A stretch of DNA of 64,000 nucleotides from Acidobacteriota bacterium (GTDB lineage Bacteria > Acidobacteriota > UBA4820 > DSQY01), in NCBI GenBank assembly GCA_049967655.1, contig JBMFSH010000003.1, positions 64,001 to 128,000 on the forward strand, given 5' to 3'. The notes beneath the pieces are model-generated. The model searched no databases, was not told the DNA's origin, and worked only from the letters and a program-made list of their open reading frames with translations. Below are positions 38,769-48,598 of this stretch, in pieces. Each line of letters starts with the position of its first letter. Position 1 is the stretch's first letter. Both the position numbers and the translations under genes were made by a program.

Positions 38769-38866
38769 CAGGGCTGTCCAAAAGGATTGCAGCACTCCCT
38801 CTCCTCCGCGTCGCTCCGGAGGGTAATCCGCGCAAGAACGAGCTGAAGTTATCTCAAAAAACCGTG
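38769..38866. mobile_element. Degenerate short relic of MITE family A
   Basis: CAGGGCTGTCCAAAA left end; CGCTCCGGA...CGAGCTGAAGTTAT resembles the family A right subterminal region. Confidence 0.55.
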
Positions 38867-38978
38867 AAATCCCGTTCTTGTGCTTTCTGGGATCGCGCGT
38901 CCGCCATCCCTTTCTCGACGCTATGTTCCCTCCCTCTGCTCTTGGTGGTTTAATAGTCGTCCCGGGGAGGGAGAGCGG

Positions 38979-41534
38979 ATGGATCTCGGTTTCATCGCGC
39001 GTGTGGCCAAGCCCACGCGCTACACGGGCGGCGAGGTCAACGAGGTGGTCAAAGAGGAGCGCCCCGGCCTCCTGCACGTGGCCTTCGCCTTCCCCGACGG
39101 CTACGAGATCGCCATGAGCACCATGGGCCTGCGGATCCTCTACGGCCTCCTCAACCAGCGGGAGGACGTCTGGATGGAGCGGGTCTTCATGCCCATGCCC
39201 GACATGATCGAGGAGATGGAGAAGCGGGGAATCCCCCTCTTCTCGCTGGAGTCCAAGCGGCCCCTTTCCGCCTTTGACGTGGTGGGCTTCACGCTCCAGT
39301 TCGAGCTGACCTACACCAACATCCTCCACATGCTGCGCATGGGAGGGATCGCCCGCCGAGCCGACCAGCGGGGCCCCGGCGATCCCGTGGTTTTGGCTGG
39401 GGGCCCGTGCGCCTGCAACCCCGAGCCCCTGGCCCCCTTCATGGACGCCTTCCTGATCGGCGATGGCGAGGAGGCCGCCGGGGAGCTCTGCGAGGTCGTG
39501 CGCGCCTTCAAGGATGCGCCGAGGCCGGTGCTCTGGCGGGAGCTCGCCAAGGTGCCCGGAACCTACGTGCCGGCCCTCTACCGGACGGAGGTGGACCCGG
39601 CCACCGGCATGGAGGTGGTGGTCGGCTCCGAGGCCCCCGAGGCCCCCTTCCCGGTCCCGCGGCGGATCCTCCCCGACATCGACCGCTACCCCTTCCCCAC
39701 CCGGGTCATCGTGCCGCACCACCAGGTGGTGCACGACCGCTTCGCCGTGGAGATCGCCAGGGGCTGTAGCGTGGGCTGCCGCTTCTGCCAGGCCGGCTTC
39801 ACCTACCGCCCGGAGCGGGAGCGCTCGTCGGAGGCTGTCCGGGAGGCCGCCGCGGAAGGGCTGGCGGCCACGGGCTACCAAGAGGTCACGCTCCTGAGCC
39901 TGAACACGGGCGACTACAAGGGGCTGGAGCCCCTCATCCGGGCCGTGGCGGCGGACGGCGCCCTCCAGCAGGTGGGGGTCTTCATGCCGAGCCTGCGCGT
40001 GAGCGCCCTGACGCAGGAGCTGGCCGAGGCCCTCGCCGCCGGCCGCAAGACTGGCTTCACCCTGGCGCCCGAGGCGGGCACGCAGCGCCTGCGCGACGTG
40101 GTCAACAAGCAGATCACGGACCTCGAACTGGAGGAGGCCGCCTCCGCCCTCTTCAGCTACGGCTGGAACGTGCTCAAGCTCTACTTCATGATCGGCCTCC
40201 CCACGGAGACCGAGGAGGACGTGGCCGCCATCGATGACCTGGCGCGGCGGGTGGTGCGCCGGGCCCGCCAGGCGGGCTGCGCCAACCCGCAGGTGACGGT
40301 CTCCACCTCCTCCTTCGTCCCCAAGCCCTTCACCCCCTTCCAGTTCTGCCCCATGGAGCCGCCCGCCTCCCTGGCGGCCAAGCAGGATGCCCTCAAGCGC
40401 ACCCTCCGCAGGCCCGTCACCTACAAGTGGCACGACGTGGAGGCCAGCCAGGTCGAGGCCCTCCTCTCGCTGGGAGACCGGCGCGTGGCGGCCGTGGTGG
40501 AGGCGGCGGCGGAGCTGGGCTGTCGGCTGGACGGCTGGAGCGAGCACTTCGACGCGCAGAGGTGGCACAGGGCCATGGAGCAGGTCGGCCTGGACCTGGG
40601 GCCCTACCTCTACCGCTCCAGGCACCGAAAGGAGCGGCTGCCGTGGGATGTCCTGGACATGGGCATACAGAAGGAGTTCCTCTGGCGCGAATGGGTCAGG
40701 GCACAGGCGGGGCAGGTGACGGAGCCGTGTGGCCCCGAGGCCTGCCACGGCTGCGCCTCCTTCGCCAAGGCCTGCACGGAGGGCGCCTTCCTCCGGCGTG
40801 CCGAGGAGCCGGCGCAGCCGCCGCTCCCCGGCGGCACCGACCTGGCCGCGGTCCAAAGCGGCAAGTACCGGCTGCGCTATAGGAAAGAGGGCACGGCCCG
40901 TTTTCTGGGCCACCTGGACCTGATGCACACGCTCGTGCGGGCGCTGCGGCGGTCAGGGGTCCACCTGGCCTACTCCAAGGGGCACCACCCCATGCCCAAG
41001 ATCGAGTTCCCAGCTCCCCTGCCCCTGGGGGTGGAGGGGGCTGCCGAATGGATGGAATTCTCCGCCGCCTGCCTCGACATCGAGGAGACCCTGGAGCGGC
41101 TCAGGCGCCTCCTGCCGGCGGGATTAACGGCGGAGCGGCTGTTCCGCGTGCCGTCCAACTCCCTGCCCCTCTCCTCCCTCACGGAACAGCGGTACGCCAT
41201 CCACCTGAGCGGGCTTGCGGAGGAGGATGCCCGCGCGGTCCGGCGGAACGTGGAGGCCTTCCTGGCCGCCCCCTCGTGGACGGTGAGGCGGGCCGGCAAG
41301 GAGGAGAGGAAACCGCTGGAGCTGAAGAGCCGGGTGAGCGGCATGAAGTGGGACGGCGACACCCTCCACCTCAGCATCAGCAGCGGGGGCTTCATGGACC
41401 TGGTCCGCTCCCTCTGCCCCCCTGAGATCCCGGAGCTCCCGCGGCTGGTGCGCCTCGGCCTCGAACACGGAGCCGACGAAGGGGCCGAGGCCCGCGAGGC
41501 GGGCGAGCACGCCGCCGCCGCTGAGGCGAGATAA
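38979..41534 (+). CDS. TIGR03960 radical SAM protein fused to a TIGR03936 (DUF2344) domain
   Basis: KPTRYTGGEVN, RGCSVGCRFCQAG, TLAPEAG, KLYFMIGLP, then RFLGHLD...YSKGHHPMPK. Confidence 0.9.
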   Translation: MDLGFIARVAKPTRYTGGEVNEVVKEERPGLLHVAFAFPDGYEIAMSTMGLRILYGLLNQREDVWMERVFMPMPDMIEEMEKRGIPLFSLESKRPLSAFDVVGFTLQFELTYTNILHMLRMGGIARRADQRGPGDPVVLAGGPCACNPEPLAPFMDAFLIGDGEEAAGELCEVVRAFKDAPRPVLWRELAKVPGTYVPALYRTEVDPATGMEVVVGSEAPEAPFPVPRRILPDIDRYPFPTRVIVPHHQVVHDRFAVEIARGCSVGCRFCQAGFTYRPERERSSEAVREAAAEGLAATGYQEVTLLSLNTGDYKGLEPLIRAVAADGALQQVGVFMPSLRVSALTQELAEALAAGRKTGFTLAPEAGTQRLRDVVNKQITDLELEEAASALFSYGWNVLKLYFMIGLPTETEEDVAAIDDLARRVVRRARQAGCANPQVTVSTSSFVPKPFTPFQFCPMEPPASLAAKQDALKRTLRRPVTYKWHDVEASQVEALLSLGDRRVAAVVEAAAELGCRLDGWSEHFDAQRWHRAMEQVGLDLGPYLYRSRHRKERLPWDVLDMGIQKEFLWREWVRAQAGQVTEPCGPEACHGCASFAKACTEGAFLRRAEEPAQPPLPGGTDLAAVQSGKYRLRYRKEGTARFLGHLDLMHTLVRALRRSGVHLAYSKGHHPMPKIEFPAPLPLGVEGAAEWMEFSAACLDIEETLERLRRLLPAGLTAERLFRVPSNSLPLSSLTEQRYAIHLSGLAEEDARAVRRNVEAFLAAPSWTVRRAGKEERKPLELKSRVSGMKWDGDTLHLSISSGGFMDLVRSLCPPEIPELPRLVRLGLEHGADEGAEAREAGEHAAAAEAR

Positions 41535-41664
41535 CCGTCCGGGCCCGAGGCACTGGCGCGGGGACCTGAACGCGTCAGCACCAGGCGCCGGGGTCCGTCC
41601 TCTTCCTCTTCACCGGAAGGTATCTCTCCTCTCCGACTTGCGCGCGCACTTTAGTATTGTTCCC

Positions 41665-41892
41665 TCCAATTCCGCGATGGAGCGAGGAGAAGGCGGGGCG
41701 AGGCTCATCCAGCCATGGACCGCGAGCTAGGACAGCTTACCTGAAAGGGGCCGGCCTTCCATCACATCCCGCTTACTCGCTTACTCGCTTACTCGCTTAA
41801 TCGCTTAATCGCTTAATCGCTTAATCGCGATGGGGAAGTCGCCGTCAGGCGACGGCTCCCACACCGGCGGGAATTGCATCGCGGGATCTGGG
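41665..41892 (+). mobile_element. Repeat family B, copy 3
   Basis: Similar to 5074-5309; internal (TCGCTTAM) array; REP-like GTCGCCGTCAGGCGACGGCTCCCACA. Confidence 0.82.
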
Positions 41893-41986
41893 TGTCCCCA
41901 CCTCATTTGTGGCGGAGAGCCCATAAGCGGTACAATGCGCCTCTGCCGGAATATCAGCCCGGCAGGGACCGAGGGCCCATGCACCC

Positions 41987-43444
41987 ATGAAGCAGGAGCT
42001 GCTGGTCACCAGGGACCGCTGGCAGACGCGCATCGCGGTGATCGAGGACGGACGCCTCACGGAGTTCCAGCAAGAGCCGAGCCATCTGGACGGACTGGTG
42101 GGCAACCTCTACGTCGGAAAGGTGAGCCGGATTCTCCCCGGCATGGAGAGCGCCTTCGTCTCCATCGGCCTGGACCGGGACGGCTTCCTCTTCGAAGGCG
42201 ACATGGGTCCCCTCAAGCTGTTCGACGAGGAGCTCTCCGACCCCTCCAAGTTCCGGAACCCGACGGTCAAGAACCTCCGCGAGGGTGAGCGGATCCTTGT
42301 TCAGGTCACGAAGGAGCCCATGGGGCCCAAGGGGGCCCGGCTCTCCACTCAGATCTCGCTGCCGGGCCACTACATGGTCTACATGCCCTTCCTCGACCAC
42401 GTGGGGGTTTCGCGGCGCATCTCGGGGGATGAGCGCCGGCGACTCAAGGAGACGGTGCGCCGCTACAAGGGGGGGTTCCCGGGCGGCTTCATCGTCCGGA
42501 CGGCCGCCGAGGGCGCCGACGAGTCCGACCTGGGCGCGGAGATGCAGGCCCTGACCGACCTGTGGTCCCTCATCTGGCTGAAGAGCGCCCACTGCGAGGC
42601 TCCCTTCCTCGTTCACCAGGAGGCAGACCTGGTGGGCCGCTCCGTCCGGGAGATCCTCCTCAAGGGAGACGGGACGGTCCTGACCGACGATCCCGACGTG
42701 GCCACGCGCTGCCGGGAGCTGCTCTCCAGCCTCGGAGACAATCCGGGGCGGGTGCGGTCGTGGGATGACCGCCGCCTCTCCCTCTTCGAGCACTACCACG
42801 TCCAGGAGGAGATCGAGAAGGCGCTCAGGCCCCGCGTCTGGCTGCCCTCCGGCGGCTGCATCGTGCTTCAGTCCACGGAGGCGCTGGTGGCCATTGACGT
42901 CAACTCCGGCCGCTTCACGGGGAAGCGCTCGCTCGAAGACACGGCCTTCGCCATCAACATGGAGGCGGCGGAGGAGATCGTCCGGCAGATCCGGCTGCGG
43001 AGCCTGGGCGGGATCATCGTGATCGACTTCATCGACATGACCAAGAAATCCCACCGGGAGGCACTCGTGGCCAAGCTCAACGAGGCCCTCAAGCGCGACC
43101 GGGCCAAGTCGCGGATCCTGGCCATCTCCGAGTTCGGACTCGTGGAGATGACGCGCAAGCGGAGCCATCGGAACCTGGAGCGGGTCATGACCTCGGTCTG
43201 TCCCTGCTGCGAGGGCCGCGGCCGGGTGCAGGCCCCGTGGATCATCGCGCAAAGGATCGTCGAGGCCGTGGATGCGCTCCCGCCCCCCAAAAACGTGCTG
43301 GTCACGGCTGCTCAGGAGGTAGTGCGGTACATCAAAGAGAACGACGAGGTCCTGCGGCTTCCCGAAGGCGTCCAGCTGGAGGCCATGACCTTGGCCAACC
43401 CCAGCTCATTTTCCCTCAGGCCCCTCCGCAAGGGCGAGCGCTGA
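41987..43444 (+). CDS. rng: Ribonuclease G (Rne/Rng family)
   Basis: GNLYVGKV, QVTKEP, AIDVNSG, GGIIVIDFID, CPCCEGRG. Confidence 0.93.
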   Translation: MKQELLVTRDRWQTRIAVIEDGRLTEFQQEPSHLDGLVGNLYVGKVSRILPGMESAFVSIGLDRDGFLFEGDMGPLKLFDEELSDPSKFRNPTVKNLREGERILVQVTKEPMGPKGARLSTQISLPGHYMVYMPFLDHVGVSRRISGDERRRLKETVRRYKGGFPGGFIVRTAAEGADESDLGAEMQALTDLWSLIWLKSAHCEAPFLVHQEADLVGRSVREILLKGDGTVLTDDPDVATRCRELLSSLGDNPGRVRSWDDRRLSLFEHYHVQEEIEKALRPRVWLPSGGCIVLQSTEALVAIDVNSGRFTGKRSLEDTAFAINMEAAEEIVRQIRLRSLGGIIVIDFIDMTKKSHREALVAKLNEALKRDRAKSRILAISEFGLVEMTRKRSHRNLERVMTSVCPCCEGRGRVQAPWIIAQRIVEAVDALPPPKNVLVTAAQEVVRYIKENDEVLRLPEGVQLEAMTLANPSSFSLRPLRKGER

Positions 43445-43539
43445 CCCTCCCCGCCGGACCGACTCACGCCCGTCCGGCCCTTCATATTGACCAGCAGGTG
43501 TTCTCTGTTCCCAGGCCACGCCTCGCGCGGGTGAGCCGC

Positions 43540-44151
43540 CTATTCCTCGATTCCGCTCTGGCGGCGGTTCTTCCAGAAGAGGTAGGCGGCGACGATGACC
43601 AGCCACGCCACGAGGATGAGCCCGAGCCAGAACTGGTAGAGGTGGTACAGCGAGGCGATCCGATCCACGCGCTGGCCGGCGGTGTAGGCGATGGCGGTCA
43701 GGAAGATCCCGAAGAGGAGGTTGCCCGCCGCCGAGGCCGCCGCTACCCTTCCCGCGCGCATGCGGAGCATCCCCGCGGCGGGATAGAGGAGGACCCGCAC
43801 GTAGGGTAGGAAGCGGTTCAGGAACAGGGGCCAGGCGCCCCAGCGCCCCAGCATCCCCTCCACCCGCACAACCAGGGTCCGCAGGCGGGGCCGCTTCAGC
43901 AGCACACTCCCGAAGGCCCTTCCCCAGGCGAAGGCGCCGAGGGAGCCTAGGGTTCCGCCGATCGTGATGAGGATGATCCCGGCGAGCCACGAGCCGTCCT
44001 TGGCTCCGATCCAGAAGAGGCCCGCCACCAGCGCCAGATCGCCCGGCACGATGGGCACGAGGTACTTCAGGCAGGCGAAGAGCAGGAGCGAGAGGTAGAC
44101 CGGCCAAAGGCCCTGGCCGGGGTTCAGCGCCTGGGCGAGGGTCTGGCTCAT
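43540..44151 (-). CDS. DedA family membrane protein
   Basis: PIVPGD, GTLGS, RFLPYVR. Confidence 0.82.
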   Translation of the reverse strand: MSQTLAQALNPGQGLWPVYLSLLLFACLKYLVPIVPGDLALVAGLFWIGAKDGSWLAGIILITIGGTLGSLGAFAWGRAFGSVLLKRPRLRTLVVRVEGMLGRWGAWPLFLNRFLPYVRVLLYPAAGMLRMRAGRVAAASAAGNLLFGIFLTAIAYTAGQRVDRIASLYHLYQFWLGLILVAWLVIVAAYLFWKNRRQSGIEE

Positions 44152-44771
44152 GAGGTCAGCTCGGGAAGGAGCCGGAGGAAAGCCGGATAGTCGGTGCAGG
44201 CCAGGAACTTGTTTGCCGCCAGCTCCTCTCCCAGGCTCCGGCTCTCCACGCTCCCGTAATGGTGACCGGGGTGGATGGCAAGCTCGCGCGGCAGGGCTCT
44301 GAGCCGCGCCAGGCTCCGGAACATGGCGGCGGGATCGCCTCCGGGGAGGTCGGTCCGCCCGATCCAATCCACGAAGAGGACGTCTCCCGTGAAGAGGGCG
44401 CCTCCCACCCGGTAGCAGACCCCTCCCGGCGTGTGGCCCGGCGTATGGATGGCCTCCACGCCGCCGAGGGCGGGAAGCGGACCGTCGCCGGGAAGCGGAG
44501 CGGCCCCCCCGATGCGAGCCGCCTCCAGCGGGTGGACCCAGACCCGGAGGTCTCGCCCGGCCCGCAGGCCGTCGAGCGAGGCCACGTGATCGCCGTGGGT
44601 GTGGGTTAGGAGGACCTCGGTGAGCCTTCTTCCGTCGCGCGAACAGGCATCGAGGATGGCCTGGCCGGCGTAGGAGGGGTCCACGCACCAAGCCTCCGAG
44701 GCATGCTCGGGATAGATCAGGTAGGAGCGGTTGGCATCGCCGCCGGCGTCCATGGTCACGATGTGAAACAT
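44148..44771 (-). CDS. Metallo-beta-lactamase-fold hydrolase (glyoxalase II-like)
   Basis: THTHGDH, HTPGHTPG, FTGD, HPGH. Confidence 0.9.
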   Translation of the reverse strand: MFHIVTMDAGGDANRSYLIYPEHASEAWCVDPSYAGQAILDACSRDGRRLTEVLLTHTHGDHVASLDGLRAGRDLRVWVHPLEAARIGGAAPLPGDGPLPALGGVEAIHTPGHTPGGVCYRVGGALFTGDVLFVDWIGRTDLPGGDPAAMFRSLARLRALPRELAIHPGHHYGSVESRSLGEELAANKFLACTDYPAFLRLLPELTS

Positions 44772-44863
44772 GGCGCTAGTCCCGACCGCCGGGAAGCTCC
44801 CGACGCTGTGCGTCCGGGGCCGGACTCGTGCTGGAAAGCCGGCGCCGGACGAGTGGAAGAGGG

Positions 44864-45292
44864 CTAGAAGGGAATGTCGTCGTCGTTGTACTCGGGGGCC
44901 TTGTCCGAGGCACCGCGGCCGCCTTCGCCCTTGCCTTCGGCCCTGCCTTCGCCGCCGCCCTCGCCCTTGCCGAGCATGACCAGATTGTCGGCGCGGACCT
45001 CGGTGACGCTCTTTTCCACGCCGTCCCGGTCCTTGTAAGTGCGGGAGCGGATGGCCCCCTCAATGTAGATCTGCCGGCCCTTGTGCAGGTATTCCCCGCA
45101 GATCTCGGCCAGCTTGCCCCACACGACGATGCGGTGCCACTCGGTGTGCTCCTGCTTCTGGCCGTCCTTGTCCTTCCAGGTCTCGTTGGTGGCCAGAGTG
45201 AAGGTGGCCACCGGGGCCCCGTTGGGGGTGTACCTGAGTTCGGGGTCGCGGCCCAGGTTGCCGACCAGAATCACCTTATTGACGCTGCCCAT
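44864..45292 (-). CDS. ssb: Single-stranded DNA-binding protein
   Basis: VNKVILVGNLGRDPELRY, TEWHR, C-terminal DDDIPF. Confidence 0.97.
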   Translation of the reverse strand: MGSVNKVILVGNLGRDPELRYTPNGAPVATFTLATNETWKDKDGQKQEHTEWHRIVVWGKLAEICGEYLHKGRQIYIEGAIRSRTYKDRDGVEKSVTEVRADNLVMLGKGEGGGEGRAEGKGEGGRGASDKAPEYNDDDIPF

Positions 45293-45346
45293 GGAACCCT
45301 CCTTCCGTTCGCCCGTGCAAGGCTTCGTAGCTATCTCGGTTCCGCT

Positions 45347-45375
45347 ATAATACGTGGCCTGGCCGGAGGTGTCAA
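45347..45375 (-). promoter_or_regulatory. sigma70 promoter for ssb
   Basis: Minus strand TTGACA-N17-TATTAT. Confidence 0.8.
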
Positions 45376-45377
45376 AC

Positions 45378-45932
45378 GTGCGGATCGTAGGCGGTTCGCT
45401 GAGGGGGCGGAAACTGGCGGCGCCCAAGGGGGACGCCACGCGGCCCACGCTGGAGCGGGTCCGCGAGGCCCTCTTCGACATCCTTCAGCAAAAGATAGCC
45501 GGCGCGGCCTTCCTGGACCTCTTCGCGGGCAGCGGCGCGGTGGGGATCGAGGCCTGGAGTCGAGGCGCCCGCCCGGTGGTCTTCGTGGAGGAGCGCGCGC
45601 AGGCCGTCGCCGCCTTGCGGCGGAACATGAAGTCGCTGGGCGTGGCCGATATGGCCCGGGTCCTGCCCCTGCCCGCCGCCAGGGCCCTCGGGCTTCTGGG
45701 CGCCGAAGGGTTCGGCGCCGAGGTGATCTTCGCCGACCCGCCCTACGCCGACCCTCGCTGGCCCGATCTCCTGGCGGGCCTGGGGGAGGCGGGGCTGCTG
45801 GCGCCTGGAGGTGTTCTCGTGGTGGAGCACGCCCTCAAGGCCCCGCCTGAAACGCCTGCGGGCTTGGAGCGAGGCCGCTCCTACAAGTACGGCGACACGG
45901 GCCTCACGCTGTTTTGGAACGGGGAGGGTTAG
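45378..45932 (+). CDS. rsmD: 16S rRNA m2G966 methyltransferase RsmD
   Basis: RIVGG, TRPT, LDLFAGSG, SRGA, DPPY; GTG after GGAGG. Confidence 0.93.
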   Translation: MRIVGGSLRGRKLAAPKGDATRPTLERVREALFDILQQKIAGAAFLDLFAGSGAVGIEAWSRGARPVVFVEERAQAVAALRRNMKSLGVADMARVLPLPAARALGLLGAEGFGAEVIFADPPYADPRWPDLLAGLGEAGLLAPGGVLVVEHALKAPPETPAGLERGRSYKYGDTGLTLFWNGEG

Positions 45933-45942
45933 GGCGGGTGGT

Positions 45943-46082
45943 TGGGTGATGAAGCGATTGGGTGATTAGGTGATTAAGCGATTAAGTGATTGGGTGATTA
46001 AGTGATTAGGTGATTAAGCGATTAAGTGATTGGGTGATTAAGTGATTAAGCGATTGAGCGATGAGGGGATCTAGTGATTAGG
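45943..46082. repeat. 8-bp tandem array (GTGATTAA/GCGATTAA/GTGATTGG) upstream of selB
   Basis: Period-8 units with a higher-order ~40-bp duplication. Confidence 0.92.
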
Positions 46083-46260
46083 AAAAGGCGAGCGCTTTTG
46101 CGTCTCGCGCCTGGCGTCTCGCGTCTCGCACCGCCGCCGCGCGAAGGTGTGGCGCGGCCGCCCTCGGCCGCGAGTCCGCCTGCTCGCTGCCGCGGCGGGC
46201 GGGGGCGACCGCCCCACCCTTCATCCGCCCTTCTCGACTTGACGCGGGGGAGCAAGCAGC

Positions 46261-48159
46261 ATGCGTGACGTCGTCGTCGGCACGGCGGGGCACATCGACC
46301 ACGGCAAGACCCTCCTGGTCAAGGCGCTCACCGGCACGGACGCGGACCGCTGGGAGGAGGAGAAGCGCCGCGGCATCACCATGGACATCGGCTTTGCCAC
46401 CCTGGCCACGGAGCAGGGTACGCTCCACTTCGTAGACCTGCCGGGGCACGAGCGCTTCATCAAGAACATGCTGGCCGGCGCCACGGGCATCGACCTCTGC
46501 CTCCTGGTGGTGGCGGCGGACGAGTCGGTCATGCCGCAGACCGTTGAGCACGCCGAGATTCTGGAGCTCCTGGGGGTGAATCGAGGCGTAGTGGCCCTGA
46601 ACAAGATCGACCTAGTGGACGCCGAGACGCGCGGCATCGCCCAGCTCGAACTGGAAGAGTTCCTGGCCGCGCACGGCCTGGGCCACCTGCCCGTGGTCCC
46701 CGTGAGCGCCGCCACGGGCGAGGGCGTGCGGGCGCTGGCCGGGGAGCTTTTCAGGCAGGCCCGGTCGTGCCCCGTGCCGCCCGAGGACCGCCCCTTCCGC
46801 CTCCCGGTGGACCGGGTCTTCCCCGTGAAGGGCTTCGGGACCGTGGTGACGGGAACGTGCGTGGACGGGGCACTGGCCGTGGGAGAGCAGGTCCAGCTCT
46901 ACCCGCGGGGTGGCTCGAGCCGGGTCCGGGGCCTCCAGATCTTCGGGCGCTCCGTGGAGCGCGCGGCGGCCGGCCAGCGCGTCGCCGTGAACCTGCCCGA
47001 CCTCAAGCACGACGAGCTGAGGCGCGGCCACCTGGCCGCCTCCCCGGGCTCCATCTTCCCGACGCGACTGCTTACGGTGCGGGTTCGGGTGCTGGGGTCG
47101 GCCAAGGTCTCCCTGCGGTCGGGAGTGGTCTGCACGCTCCACGTCCACACGCAGGAGCTGGAGGCTCACCTCCACCTGCGGGCCCGTCAGGAGCTGGCGC
47201 CGGGCGAGGAGGGGCTGGCCCAGCTCAGGATGGCCGAGGAGGTCGCCGCCTGGCCGGGGGACCGCTTCATCCTCCGCCTGCCCTCGCCGGTGCGCACGGT
47301 GGCCGGCGGCGAGGTGCTCATGGTGGCGCGGAGGAAGTGCCGCTGGCAGAGGGAGCGCGACGCCCGGAGCGCGGCGGCGCTGGACGGGGGTGACCGCCTG
47401 GCGGGCCTCCTCATCGAGGCCGGCCCGGCTGGAACTAGCCCGGAGGCAGCGGCGGCTCGGCTGGGCGTGACCCTGCCCCTGCTGGAGATGGAGGCGAGGA
47501 GGGCCGAAGCCTCCGGCGGACTGGTGCGGTGGGGCGAGGGGCGCTGGTGGCTGGACGGCGCCGAGGCCGAGGCCTGGCTCCGGCGCGCCGAGGCCTGGGT
47601 GAACTCCAAGGTCCAGGGAGGATCGCCGGTGACGTGGGTCCCCAGGCAGGAACTGCTCGGGCGCTGGCTCAGGGTCCTGGGCGCCGACCGCGGAGAGGCC
47701 TTGGTGTCCGCCCTCGTGGCGGCGGGACGTCTGGAGGCCGAGGGCGACCGCCTCCGGCTCGCGGGCTACACGGCCCAGCTCACGCCGAAGCAGCGCCAGG
47801 CGGTCGAACGGGTGAGGGCCGCGCTGGCGAGGCGCGAGAACCCGGTGCAGACGGGCAGGGAGCTGGAGGCGGCCTGGGGCGCCGAGGTGCGCAGTGTCCT
47901 CCCCCTCCTGGCCGAGTCGGGAGAGGTCGTCCGCTTCGGCGGTGACTGCTTTCTGGCCTCCGAGACCCTGGCCCGCCTTCGGGATCTCCTCCTGGCCTGG
48001 TCCGCCGCCCACGAGGGCGCCATCACCGTCCCGGAATTCAAGGAGCTGCTGGGCATCACGCGCAAGTACGCCATGCCGCTCCTGGAGCACCTGGACGACC
48101 GGAAGTGGACCCGCCGCGACGGCGAGGTGCGGCGCATCCTGCTGAAGCCTGAAGCGTAA
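46261..48159 (+). CDS. selB: Selenocysteine-specific elongation factor SelB
   Basis: [32 protein letters not shown]-terminal [14 protein letters not shown]. Confidence 0.96.
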   Translation: MRDVVVGTAGHIDHGKTLLVKALTGTDADRWEEEKRRGITMDIGFATLATEQGTLHFVDLPGHERFIKNMLAGATGIDLCLLVVAADESVMPQTVEHAEILELLGVNRGVVALNKIDLVDAETRGIAQLELEEFLAAHGLGHLPVVPVSAATGEGVRALAGELFRQARSCPVPPEDRPFRLPVDRVFPVKGFGTVVTGTCVDGALAVGEQVQLYPRGGSSRVRGLQIFGRSVERAAAGQRVAVNLPDLKHDELRRGHLAASPGSIFPTRLLTVRVRVLGSAKVSLRSGVVCTLHVHTQELEAHLHLRARQELAPGEEGLAQLRMAEEVAAWPGDRFILRLPSPVRTVAGGEVLMVARRKCRWQRERDARSAAALDGGDRLAGLLIEAGPAGTSPEAAAARLGVTLPLLEMEARRAEASGGLVRWGEGRWWLDGAEAEAWLRRAEAWVNSKVQGGSPVTWVPRQELLGRWLRVLGADRGEALVSALVAAGRLEAEGDRLRLAGYTAQLTPKQRQAVERVRAALARRENPVQTGRELEAAWGAEVRSVLPLLAESGEVVRFGGDCFLASETLARLRDLLLAWSAAHEGAITVPEFKELLGITRKYAMPLLEHLDDRKWTRRDGEVRRILLKPEA

Positions 48160-48171
48160 GCGCGAGACGTG

Positions 48172-48325
48172 GGAAGCGATGAAGCGATTAAGCGAGAAGC
48201 GATGAAGCGGGACGCAAAGACGTTTTTCTCTCCTTCCTTACCTAATCGCTGCATCGCTCAATCCCTCAATCGCCTAATCGCTTAATTTCTTAATCGCTCA
48301 TCCCCTCGTCCCCCCATCGCCCCAA
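48172..48325. repeat. Head-to-head octamer arrays downstream of selB
   Basis: GAAGCGAT/TAAGCGA units followed by complementary ATCGCTTA/ATCGCTCA units. Confidence 0.75.
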
Positions 48326-48336
48326 TTTCCCCCACT

Positions 48337-48365
48337 TTGCGTCGCGGCGGCAAAACCGCTAGAAT
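48337..48365 (+). promoter_or_regulatory. sigma70 promoter for the ferritin-like/nifS operon
   Basis: TTGCGT-N17-TAGAAT. Confidence 0.65.
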
Positions 48366-48389
48366 CCCCCCTTAGAAAGCGAGGGGCCC

Positions 48390-48593
48390 ATGGATCCCAA
48401 TATGAGTCCTGCCGATATCCTTCGAATGGCGCTGGAAAAGGAGAAGGAGGCGCTGCGCTTCTACGAGGAGGCCTGCGCCATCGTCACCCACGCGGCCGCC
48501 AAGGTGACCCTCCAGGCCATGGCCGAAGAGGAGCGCTCTCACATCCGCAAGATCGAGGAGGAGCTGGACCGCTTCTTCTACGCGGACAACTGA
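48390..48593 (+). CDS. Half-size ferritin/rubrerythrin-like protein (67 aa)
   Basis: MALEKEKEALRFY...MAEEERSH: one E...ExxH helix pair. Confidence 0.8.
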   Translation: MDPNMSPADILRMALEKEKEALRFYEEACAIVTHAAAKVTLQAMAEEERSHIRKIEEELDRFFYADN

Positions 48594-48598
48594 CGCGC

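Noticed and set aside
45943..46082. Possible CRISPR array (also 22270-22410 and 5171-5245)
   Set aside because: Units are contiguous 8-mers with no unique spacers, and no cas genes are present.
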